From the NCBI GenBank assembly GCA_965112155.1, contig OZ218099.1: a DNA stretch of 64,000 bases. One strand, written 5' to 3'. Origin of the DNA: Podarcis liolepis (taxonomy: Eukaryota). The notes below the pieces were generated by a model, which saw nothing but the letters and a program-made list of their open reading frames with translations, was not told the origin of the DNA and did not search any database. Numbering within the stretch: the stretch's first letter is position 1; each line of letters opens with the position of its first letter. Positions 1 to 11,139 of the stretch are shown piece after piece. Made by a program: the position numbers and the translations under genes.

Positions 1-72
1 CTTCAAAAAAATAGAGATGAGATTCGCCTGGAAAGGACGGCGCAACTGAGAAAACAAAAAAGGAAACAGTGA
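1..72 (+). CDS. Possible last coding bases of an unidentified + strand gene entering from the left
   Basis: Frame 1 reads LQKNRDEIRLERTAQLRKQKRKQ* (TGA 70-72), retains CpGs, AATAAA at 121-126; protein not recognised. Confidence 0.35.
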   Translation, partial: LQKNRDEIRLERTAQLRKQKRKQ

Positions 73-734
73 TGGTTAAGACAGTCCTTTTTAAGGTCTG
101 TGGGCGACAACCACCACTATAATAAATACCTATCCAAATGCTGGATAATTTATGATGCTTCCTGGTTCTTGTCACGCGCAAAATACAATTTGCATTATTT
201 CAGAAGAGTAGGAGTTCTTTTCCATTACTATTGCGGATTTAATGAAACATACTGTATATTTTTCTTTCTTCCTGTTGTTATACATAATAATGCATTTCTA
301 TCCTATATGAGCATGCTGTTGTTTTTAATATTAGCATTCTGGTTTTGCATCTCATGAGATCAGTTTAGTTTAGTTTAGAAGCTGAAAATGTGACTTTATA
401 GGTGAGACAAAACATTCATTGGTTCCCAGCTGAAAGTCATGATGTGTTACAAATGTGCTTATAATGAAGTGCTCTCCTGTTCCACTTTTGGATTCTTAAA
501 AGGAAAACACTATTGGACTTGAGCTTATAAGGTGCCTGTGCTGGACCATTGACCCTGCCCACTTTATCAGCAAAGGCTGCTAAATGTGTAACATTTTCTA
601 TTCTAGGAAATGATAAAGGTACAGAAGTTTGTTTGTATACTCACATCTCATTAGCTGGAGTAACAAATGTATTTTATTTTATATTTAGTTAGTTAGTTAT
701 TAGTTCTCCCTGTTAATTCTCTTTGACCTCTCAG

Positions 735-1065
735 TGTCATGGTAGCCTTCTGGAGTGGTTGTACGAGCTGGGAATGGGTAGCACCGCTTTGTGGTGGTTC
801 TGGTCCTACTTTGATGGATGTTTCCAGAGGGTGATGTTTGGGGAGTGTTCTTTGGCCCTGTGGAGTCTTCAATGTGGGGTTCTGCAGGGTCTGATTTTAT
901 CTCCCATGCTGTTTATCATCTACCTGAAACTGTGGGGGTCATCTGGATTTTGGGTATATGTTGTCAGCAATATGCTGGTGACACACAGCTCCATTTCTCC
1001 TTTATATCTGCAGGCGTGGCAGTGGATGTGCTGGACCATTTTCTTGCCTTGGCAATGGACTGAAT
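735..1065 (+). mobile_element. Decayed L2-clade LINE reverse-transcriptase fragment
   Basis: Frameshifted RT motifs WFWSYF, GVLQGLILSPMLFIIY and QYAGDTQL (YADD box). Confidence 0.85.
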
Positions 1066-2581
1066 GAACAAAACAGCAGAGGGATTTGAAGAGATGGACC
1101 ATGACTGCAGAGACAAAGCCACCAAGCCTGGATTTGGAGATGATGATTCAGGCTGGATTTTTGCCAGGAAGTTGCAATCCATCAGAGTTTTCAAGGTCGA
1201 AATTCAGGTGCTCTGTATAATTAAGCAAACTGACATTGTCAGCTAATGCAAAGGGAAAAGCCTTGCTGTCAGCAGTCATATCAAAAGTGAACAGGACAGC
1301 ACTGTCCCTCCTGTAAAGGTACGTATATAAAATGTCCATTTGGCATGATATACCTGGAATGGATGCTTCAAGTAGTGACGAAATTAGATATTAGCTTGGC
1401 AAGATTCACTTGTTGCAGCATGTGGGATTCCAAATATTTATTTGCCAGCTTGATAGAAATAAGGTATGTGATCAGCATTTCCTAACCACTCCAATACCAC
1501 ACACACAGATACCTCACTCCCCATTCCTAAACTTACATTTTCTAATATATTTTGGGGTTTTTTTTAAGGTCATTACCAATATGTTACCTTTATTTACAGA
1601 GTAATCCTACCTTCCTGAATGAGGAGAGAGCTGTGGCACCGCCACTGCTGCAGGGAGAACCTAGCTGTATTGCGTTGGATAGGGGGAGGCAACTTTTTGA
1701 CCTGCGTTTGTATTCCTTTTACATTTTATCTTCCATTGACCACAGCAGGAATGAAATGCATACACCAGCTTTGGACTGGCGTGTGGCGTGCAGGGGGAGG
1801 GGAAAGACATGTCCACAGAATATTAAGGCTCTGGATCCTGCAAATCCATGGCTTTTCCCAACCTGCCCCCGGAATGCCTTGTTCGTGGCTTCTTTACATA
1901 CAGAGGACAACCAGTAGAACAGTGACAGCAGTGGAGCTTTCTACCATTGCACTGTGAGGACGCGTAACTGCAGACCTCCCTCATGAAAAGGGAGCCTGCA
2001 GTACCCGATTTCTTGTTAACTGTCCTCCACAAAAGCTTAGGATTTGTTCCATTAAGAATAAACACATTTTTGAATGACTGTTGATAAAGACTGCATAAAC
2101 ATGGACAGCTTCACTTGGTTTCACTCTAGACAAACCACAGGTCTTTCATCCAAGTGACCATTCACCTTCAACCTTCCTTTTTGAATCTCTGACTGAACAG
2201 GCCTCAATGAAACCTCTTAACTTAGTGGGTTCCACTCAGCTCCAGTGGCTTCAGGGCTGTTCTTGAACTGAGGCTTCCTATCCTCACATGCTGTAATGCC
2301 AGTGGTATGCATTGTCGTTGTGCCAGTGCAATGAATTCATGACAGTATGTCACCTTGACATAGGGCCTCTCTGTTCATCTGTAATCTTTAAAACGTTGAC
2401 CAGCACATTTTCTCTTATTGCTTCTTAAAGATGAATTGTGTGTATCCCTGCATTGCACATTATTTTTATTTACCCCCCTGCACCCCAAAATAATCTCAAC
2501 CAAAACATTTTCACAAGAAGGAAATTTGAACTTATCAGTTGTGAGAAATTAAGTTAAATAGGTTATAAGAATGTATGTGAT

Positions 2582-2583
<2 letters not shown>

Positions 2584-2628
<45 letters not shown>
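2584..2628. repeat. (TA)n microsatellite
   Basis: About 22 perfect TA units. Confidence 0.98.
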
Positions 2629-2629
<1 letters not shown>

Positions 2630-2630
<1 letters not shown>

Positions 2631-2862
2631 GTCTTTTGCACTCAGGAGGTTCACATAAAAATCACTCCAAATACAATTCAAAGCCCAAAGAAGTAAAAAT
2701 ATAAAAAAGAAACCACAACAAATAGAAAGCTAAAAATCTATAAAAATGCAGAATCAGCAGCAATAAAATTTTATTAGCCAGCTTCTTCAAAAGCCTTTCA
2801 AAATAAGGATGCTTTGATTAACTCATAAAAGGCAATGAGGAAACTAGCCTAGTGAGCCTCCT
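2630..2862 (-). mobile_element. Old L2-type LINE 3' end
   Basis: Minus frame ...AFYELIKASLF*KAF resembles the L2 ORF2 C-terminus; followed by a T-rich 3' UTR and the TA tail. Confidence 0.5.
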
Positions 2863-3109
2863 CGTCTTTCACAAAGATGAGATGCCACCCAGGAGAAAGA
2901 GCGGCTTCCTAACACAGGAAAACTGAAGTGAGCACCGGCATTCTTCCAAGACTGTGGGTTGGGCCAGAGCACTTCACAATTGAAAGGATCATAGAAGAAC
3001 TTCAGCTGTGCCTGAAAACCTATGAGCCAGTGAAGCTCTCAGAATGGAGGTCTCTGCAGCAGCTTTGGTCAGCAATAAAGGGTGGTGCTTGCTTTTTTAT
3101 TCTGTATAG

Positions 3110-3700
3110 TAATAGTATTTTCACTGATTTTCCCCCCAGTTTATATCAACACTACAAACACAACCATAACAATAACAATAAAAAGGAAACTAAAGTGAAA
3201 CAGAATGCTGGTTGAGGGAGGGAGGAAGGTGGGAAAGGGAAGAGGAGCTGGGTCAGAACTCTTAGGTTTTTCTCATTTTCTGTTTGTGGAGCTGTCATAA
3301 AATATATTTGTATGCAGCAAGCACTGAATTTGCTGCAGGTTTGCCCTATAGTTTGGCAGGCATCTAATGTCTGTAATATACACTATTTACTTATTCATAA
3401 GACTGTTTTTAAACCATCTCATTAAAAATATGACTAAATTCATTAAAACACCATAAAATACAAATGGCCAACAAATAAATCCTGTAAATAAGTATTGATA
3501 TGGGGAAAAAGATGCATAGTATGCAGCTAGTTCATGCAACTGATCCATTTCCACTGTCTTGGGGTAAGGACACAATACTTTAGGGAGGTATCCCATCAAT
3601 GCTTTTTCATCCATAAATCTTAGATCTGTTTACAATTGTGTAGCAACAGCACAGTACCACATAATATGTACCAAGTGTCCTTCGGTATCAAGGCACCAGC
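3110..3700 (-). mobile_element. Decayed L1 ORF2 C-terminus/3' UTR fragment
   Basis: Minus-strand fragments GHLVHIMWYC, EKALMGYLP and CWPF, typical of the L1 ORF2 cysteine-rich end. Confidence 0.5.
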
Positions 3701-4723
3701 AGTTAGAGGAGGAGAGAATATTTTTCATAATCACAACAGGGACTCATATGTCCTATATAGCAATTTCTCTTGTAAGAGGCATTGTCTTGAACCATGAGCA
3801 CTGGCTCCCACTGTGGTGGGAGTGTTTGATTCTCTAGCTTCCTCTTCTGTCCTGCACACATCAAATTGTGTTGCATCAGTTTTTGTTCTAGCCATAAGCC
3901 AATGGTAAAAAAACAAACCATTGGTTTGGATAGTGTTGGTAAACAAAGCAGGCTACCTAATATGGGCAGCAGTTTAGAAACACTTGGGTTGGAAGGAGCA
4001 AATTTAGAATCTAACTCACATTTCTGGTTGTGTTGCAACCACAAGAGTCAGGTAGTCCATATTTCTTGATGGTAAGAAGAAAACAAAACACCAAAGCCAC
4101 TTCCCTTGAGGATGGAAAGATTCTTAACTAGCTTGAGACTAAATGTTTTCAAAGACAGTCCATGCAGGGTGCATAATGTAGTCTACAAGGAAGTTGAGGG
4201 GGGACTAAGATGGTAGTGAGATCCCTAGAGATGCACTTCATGCATTTACTTCATGGCTATATAGCCTCCTCTATCTCTTATACTCAGCATCCCCCCCAAC
4301 ACATTTCTGTTTCCAAAGTGATCACAATCTAAACAATCCAAGTACCTGGCCTAATATTTCCAAGACAGTCCACCCCATGTCTCCCTTTCAGTGTTCATCG
4401 CTTTTATTTGGGTTATCAAACATTCCATTCTCCATTCCCTGATCAAAAACAGAGAGCCATGATTATCAAATATTGTTATGTTTGTTATGTTGTGGTCATA
4501 TGTAGTTACACCTAGACAGAGACTGTTATGAAGGTTTTCTTTCATTACTGAAAGTGGAGACTTGACCTGCTGTTGAGCAGGCAAGATCAGAAGTCCAGGT
4601 TCCAATTACTTACATCAGGTCTGGTCAATACTAGCAGCCAATCACAGGAAGAGAATGGCATTCAGATCCATGATGATTAATGTATATGTCCAGTTGTGTT
4701 TGGTTTTTATTACATAACTAGAC

Positions 4724-4848
4724 AGGTAAAAGGTATAGGTAAAGGACCCCTGGACGATTAAGTCCAGTCAAATGTGACTATGGGGATGCAGCGCTCATCT
4801 TGCTTTCAGGCCGAGGGAGCCAGCATTTGTTCACAGGCAGCTTCTGGT
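4724..4848 (-). mobile_element. Sauria SINE 3' fragment
   Basis: GGTAAAGGACCCCTG...GTCCAGTC...GCGCTCATCT...GGGAGCC is the reverse complement of the Sauria SINE 3' end with (ACCTTT)-like tail. Confidence 0.85.
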
Positions 4849-4965
4849 GCAACAGGATACCTAGACAGCAGTCTAATGGTGCCTACTGAGAAGCAAATCT
4901 CATTGAATTCAATAGGGCTTACTTCTAGTTAACAGGTGTTAGGATTGCAGCCTTACTGTAGTTTA

Positions 4966-5039
4966 AACAACAACAACAACATCATCATCATAATTTATTA
5001 TTTATACCCCGGCCATCTGCCTGGGTTTCCCCAGCCACA
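4966..5039 (-). mobile_element. L2 3' tail fragment, same family as 37025-37803
   Basis: Reverse complement of GTGGCTGGGGAA.CCCAG.CAGATGG.CGGGGTATAAATAATAAATTA seen at about 37702-37750. Confidence 0.8.
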
Positions 5040-7515
5040 AGTGTAGAACAAAAACAATACAACCAGAATTTTGCATTGGAGGTGAATAGCGCCCACTGCA
5101 ACCCAAACACTTGCAAAACACCTTAATCCAGGCATTAAAATCATTGCAGTGATTGGAATGTTTAATTTCATGATAATTTTAGATATAAAGTTAATTATGT
5201 TTTTGTTCCTTTTCATAGAGCCAGGAACAGAAAGTAAGCAAATGAGTACCTACAAATATAAAAAAGGCAGGCTTAGTATTTGAAATTGTCTGTGAAGATT
5301 GTGAAAAGGTAAACTACAGAGACTGTGCCATCTTGCCCGACCTTATCATAAGGAAAAAGTGATTCTTGTGCAGTGAAGTTCACTTTGCCTAGATCTTTAG
5401 GTCTGATTGCTAATTATACTGCGAACAAACACTCTGCTCAAAAACCATGTCAAAGCTAGGTAAATTATGGGATAAAAATAAAATCCATTTAAAGCAAGAT
5501 GAGTAGAAAATGTATATTTATAGCTGCAGTACATGAGCCAGACTTGAACTATCAATTCCTCACTTTGTCATTTAAGATTATTATTTTTAACTGTTATTAT
5601 AAATCAGTATCTTGACATTTGTTTGTTATGTTTTGTCTTCATTTAATATAGCTCCTCAGTGTTCAGTTAGGCAAGAGAACTGTTCTGCTCAAGTTCTAAC
5701 AGACACAACTGATCCTAGCTGGACAGAATATGCCCACAGAATTAACAAGAAGGTGCTTCCTTTAATTTGAAGGAAATGGGTAGCTACATTTTTATAATGT
5801 GACACTCTTCTGTAAGAATGGGTGGTAACTTCCAACTTAAATCAAAGTCTGCGAACCCATGTTGCCCATGTTTCCTTCCATAAATGAATTGTTCAGCAGA
5901 AGCAAGATTTAAAAAACAGTTTAACTTATCAGAACCAATAATGTAACAGTATCTACAGGTGGCAGTGTCCCCTCAATGGGGCATATAACCACCCTGCTTT
6001 ACAGTCTGTGGTAAGTAACACTTTGGGACCTCATCCTTCAGATATTGTTGGACCCCAACTCCCATAAACCCCAGTCAGTATGGTCAGTGGTTAGGGATGA
6101 TGGGAGCTGTTAATATAGGAACACCTGGAGAGCAACAGAACCCCCACCTCTGGATTAGGTTGCTGTTAATATTCAGGATGTTTTGCTACTCCAGACAAGA
6201 CTGAAAATGCCACCTTCATCTGCTCCACAGCCCCGCCCCAAGTCCAGACAGCTGTGCATTCCCTGCTAAACATTGAAAAGCACGCCAAGAGGTAAGAATG
6301 ATGGGGGTGGGACGGGCAAGGCAGGAGGTAATAGAGTGCTCCAAAATTACTAGGATGAACATAGTCTTTTTACAGGATTACAGCCCATTCTTCTACGTGC
6401 TTACTTAGTAATATGTTCCCTGGTATTAAATGGTGCTTACTCCCAGGCAAGTGGACATAGGATTGTGCTGTTAATATTAACCTCTGCACTAACCCTTCAA
6501 TGCGTAATTTTCACAAAATGCAGGAAGTATAATTAGGTTTTAGTTTGCTGCCTATGAAATACAACCGTATACACAAATCAGTGTAGCCAATATGCAAATA
6601 TCCCTCTAACCCAGAATCCTGCTCCTACAGCCATGACTAACAGGAGCTAGTTTTCTGACCATTTATATAAAAAGCAGTGACAACAACAAACCCTGCACCC
6701 ATAAAGTCAACTCTAAACTTCATTCAGAGAAGCAGGCTCTTGAGGGTGGGGTGGGGGGGGAGTCAGCTTACTGCACAAGGTATTTTTCATAAGTGCCAGA
6801 GGCTAAGTGAAGATGAATGTTCAATATGCATCCTATAAAGCATAGTCATAAACTCCAGAGCTGAGTAATGATGGTACACACTTGTAGCAGAGAGTAATAA
6901 TGGGCCTCATTCAATATACAATAATGTGATACTAAATATTTATCTGCCTGTCACAAATTTAAATGAAATTCTTTCCATTGCAAAATATGCTGTGCACATA
7001 TATCATAAACTACCCTTCAAGAGGGCAGGTGGCGTAAAAGGACTAACTTAAAATTACAATAATTACCTGCAGATCTACTGTTGCCATACAAACCTGATTA
7101 TCCTGTGTTAGTGAACCTCTAGTTTCACAGACAAAAGTTGGGAGTCAAATGAGAAAGGATGACACTCTTCACTTACTGCATAGATGGGCCACATTCCTTT
7201 CTGGGCAACTTTCTGAGGACTGCATGGCAGTGGTAGATGGGGTCCGGGACAAAAATGGTGTAAATTTTACCTTTGTACAGTATACTAGTTTCTGCAGGTA
7301 TTCCATCACCCCTCTCTATCCATCTATTAAACTTGAAGGACACATTCCAGCAAGCTCATAGTATGTAGAATGCATGTATGAATGAGAGCAGTGAGGGGTG
7401 CAACCTTGGAAGAGTGAGGAGATTTCTGAGGGCCAGATAGACAGATCTGGGGCTCCTCACATAACTGCTTTAAACAACTTAGCCCTGGAGAAATAGAATA
7501 CATGTGACTAGTTAA

Positions 7516-7706
7516 TAGGGTTGCCATATTTCAAACAGTGAAAAGACAGAAAAGTTGAGCTATTTTAAGGCAAAATAAGCACTGCTGACATGGTGTGCCA
7601 TACATCCAGATTTTCCAAAACATTTGTCCAATTTCTGCCCGGATGCTGTTGATGGGTGTGGTATTCCGGATATGTCTGGGAAATTCTGGGTGTATGGCCC
7701 CCCCTA
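7516..7706. mobile_element. hAT/Tip100-like MITE
   Basis: Imperfect TIRs TAGGGTTGCCATA ... TATGGCCCCCCCTA, internal CCGGA motifs; no clear TSD. Confidence 0.6.
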
Positions 7707-9268
7707 GTTGTGCAAAGATTAAGTATCCAACTGGGAGTGGAACTAGCAGTGACCACAAACCCTCGCCCAACCCCTCTTCCAGATTGACATTCCAACTGCA
7801 TCAGAATCCAAAGGCTCTTTTTCTTCCCCTTGACCTCTCCTCACTTTCCCAACTGTCAGTTCAAGGTTGGTTTCCTTCTGCTTGGAACAAGTACCCATGA
7901 AGGCACTGCCAGGCTACTCCTTTCTACAAGAATGACAAAACTGTCAGTTCTAATGGGACTAGTTAGTATGCAGCAGTGACTGGAGAACATGGGTACCCTC
8001 CCATTCCCTATTTCCACTACTACACTAAACCTTTGGTGCATTCCAGCTTCCAAATTTAATTCCAGAGTTCAGGCAAGTGAATGGCTGTATTCCTAGTTCT
8101 TCAAAACTTCACAGAATGGAACCATATGTCTCTGCTCATCCTCAGTCAGAGCAGGACTGTGTCATCACAGGCAGCATAGTTCTCAGGAGGAAAGGCACAT
8201 TTCATAAATCTAATCTGGTTTTTGGGGACCAGATATCGTTGATTCTACTTCAGGACATTTCCTGTCCAATTTATAGTTCTGGGCATGAGACAGTGCAGGG
8301 AAATGCCGTTAACTATTAAAAGGAAAAGAAACCGCACCCGGCAGTTCCTCAGCTTAATGCACATTTTAGCAACTGCACATTGCCTGAAGAAAGTGGCCTC
8401 ATCATTTAGTTCAGGCTATAAATCCTTTGCGACAGATCTGAGCCATTTTGCTAACGGGTTGGAATGAAATCCTATACTCTGATTCTGGCATGGTCTGCAC
8501 ATGAAAAGCATAGAAAACCTGAGGGTAACTTTAATTGGGCAAAATAGGGAATCGGGAAATCTACTAATCCTAACGCAAGTTTAAATTGGGAAGAGGTGGA
8601 GAAAGATCTCTAGTATGTTAATTTATCTTAGGTAATTCTTCTGTAATCACCTGTGTTGGTGTTGTTTTTGAGGACTCATTATTTCTGATCTAGCCCTGTT
8701 CTCGACTCTGTGCCAGCTACCACTCAGTAAATATCTTCAGCTTTATTACCATGACATTTCCATCCCTTGGAGGAATGAGTTCATTCAACAGCTGATGACA
8801 CAATTTAACTGTGATTTTAGCAGACTTATTTCAAGATGATCCATGCCAGTGTCTGTTTTGTAATCCTTACTAATGCTAAGCACTGAGCAAATACCCTGAA
8901 CGCAGAAGGGTTGTTCTTATACACGCTGTGACTTTCATACTTGAGCATCTAAAAAAGAAAAAGAAAAAAAAGTAGTGTATGGGGATGAGTTTGGAATACA
9001 TTGCCTGGTAGGGGAAGAAACCTATTTATTAAAGCTGTAATACACTACGGTTTGTTTGTGCCAAATGTAATTTCCAGCTGGAGTCCTACCATTCTGGGGG
9101 GTGGGAAAGGCCCTGTGATACTTGAGGACACCCTACACAAACAACAGGAGTGTGTACACATTTAAAACTCAGTGTGTATTTCAGACACTTAAGAGGATAT
9201 GTATTTAGATCAATTTAGGAAGATCAGCATGACTTCTCATTGTTGGAGACAGCTATTAATAAAGGGCC

Positions 9269-9345
9269 TGAAGACAGGAGTGCCTGGCGTGCTCTGGTCC
9301 ATGGGGTCACGAAGAGTCAGACACAACTAAACGACAACAAGAACA
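9269..9345 (+). mobile_element. BovB (RTE) LINE extreme 3' end
   Basis: GCCTGGCGTGCT...CCATGGGGTCACGAAGAGTCAGACACAACT followed by a (CAA)n-like tail. Confidence 0.9.
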
Positions 9346-9689
9346 AGGCCTTAGCTTCAGTCTTCCACTGGACCTGGTAAGTCAGAGCCAAGAATTTATG
9401 AATTTGGTTTCAAAGAACACTGTCCACAATGGAAATTTGTCCATGCAGTGAAAAGACCCATGTGGACATAAGAACATCAAGATTAAATATTTATGCCAGT
9501 GTTGTTGAAGAAAAAAGGTTGAAGAATCACTCTAAAATCTAGATGACTCTTAAGTAGGGAATTGCATTCACTATACCCTCAATGCTTTTCCAGATTAATT
9601 TGAATTTAACACATACCTTGCATATTCTGCAGACCAGATACGTAACAATGAAGCATTATCTGAGTAACTAGAACAGGAATGGAGAACCT

Positions 9690-10005
9690 CAGTCAGCCCA
9701 AGCACTGCATTCCCTTCTGGGCAACCTTCTGAGGCTCACCTGCCAGTGATGGGCAAGGCAAGAGGCAAAAGTGGGCAGAGCAAGAGATGTAAACTTTATC
9801 TTTGTACAGTAGGCTAGTTTCTACATACATTTACACACCCCACTCCATCAAGATAGGCAAGTGGCATTAAGGGATCCAGGACATATTCCAACCAGGCAAA
9901 CAGTTGTGGTGTGAAGCAGGGAAGGGTGTGGGCTGGGGAAAGATCTAAGGCTCAGATAGAGAACCCTCTGGCATTTGGCTCCTGGACCTCAAGTTCCTCA
10001 GTCCC
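9690..10005 (+). mobile_element. Old dispersed repeat (probable non-autonomous DNA element); second copy at about 7185-7490
   Basis: Both copies share CATTCC.TTCTGGGCAAC.TTCTGAGG, TGTAAA.TTTA.CTTTGTACAGTA..CTAGTTTCT and GGACA.ATTCCA. Confidence 0.65.
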
Positions 10006-11139
10006 AATATAAAAAATCTACATTTAACCCTGGGACCCCACTGTCATGTACTCACTGTAAGCAAATAAATAAATACCATATATAGCAGGTTCCGCCTTCA
10101 ACAATGTACAATGGTACTGTGCTCGCAATTACAAGAATCCATGAAATGTTGTAGGTAGGTGTCATGGCTGCCACTTGGGCACAACCACTACATGTGCCTT
10201 TCCCTGTTCCATGTTCTCTTTCTTCTGGATTGCTCACTCTCTTCCAAGTATCACAGAAGGGGAAGAATAAAAGACCGATCCAATAGTATGGAAAAGAAAC
10301 AAATTCTAATCACACATCATTAAGTTTAAGCCAGTTATGGAAATAAAATGATGCTATAGAAATACAAGTTTAAGTGTGGGAAAGTCAGGCAAGAAGGATA
10401 AATCAGTGACAGATCACAGAACATTCACAGGCTGTTTTCTGTGGCAGGCCATGTTAAAAAGGAAGGCAGCCAGTCTAGACACATCAGTATCTTCCTCTTG
10501 TGGTTGGACTGTGCTTTGTCTGGAACCAATAGCTTGGAAAGCCTTCAGGGTTCAGACTTCCCAAGGGTTCTTCAGAGCCACTTGTCTTAATAACAGTGTT
10601 TGGACATGTGCACTACAGCCAACCACAGCTCAAAAGCAGTTAACATCCAATTCTCTACTGAATTCAGTGGAAAGAGCACAAAATTAGAAACCTTCAAAAT
10701 GTTATTTGCCTATACATTTTAAGCAATGTGTGTTGTTGTTTTTTACCAACCTCTTTGAGTTGACCCTCACATGGTTCCTATTAAAAAGAAATGCCAGTAA
10801 ACCCACAAAACTATAATCAGCTGCTAACAACCCAAACACACTTTCTTTTTAGCGCTCTCTACAATTGGGGGTGCTTCAGTTTCTCACAGAAAACTGCAAC
10901 ACCTGTAAGGCACTAGAGTGTTTAAGCACAGTAGGTGCAGAAATTGTAAAGCTAGAGACATATTAGGTGGACTAACCAGGGCAACCATCATCATTAGAAA
11001 AAGGTCTTATATCTTCCCTCCCTTTCCTATTCCCCTATCACTCTATTTTGGTACCCAGAAAGAGGAGGGTTCACAGAGCAAAATGAAACACAGTTTATTT
11101 AGGGTAAAAACAGAGCTTATAAGAATTTAACTCAGGTGC

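Larger units (their letters stand above)
1611..10165 (-). pseudogene. Candidate decayed multi-exon IL-17 receptor family (IL17RA/RB-like, SEFIR) gene
   Basis: Ordered exon-like segments with AG/GT ends: 10056-10165 (signal-peptide-like), 8651-8948 (KTDTGMDHLEISLLKSQLNC), 7895-8312 (YLVPKNQ / MVPFCE / TCLNSG / LEAGMHQRFSV), 5064-5249 (WIKVFCKCLGCSGRYS), about 2865-3011 (hydrophobic remnant), about 1611-2378 (PYVKV, GSLF, GGRLGKAM). Many stops and frameshifts; similarity judged from memory of IL17RA. Confidence 0.55.

Noticed and set aside
4346-6860. Reading the decayed gene as a class I cytokine receptor (WSxWS-like WGGLS, WSL*)
   Set aside because: Isolated, degenerate matches; the IL-17R-like motifs are more numerous and colinear.
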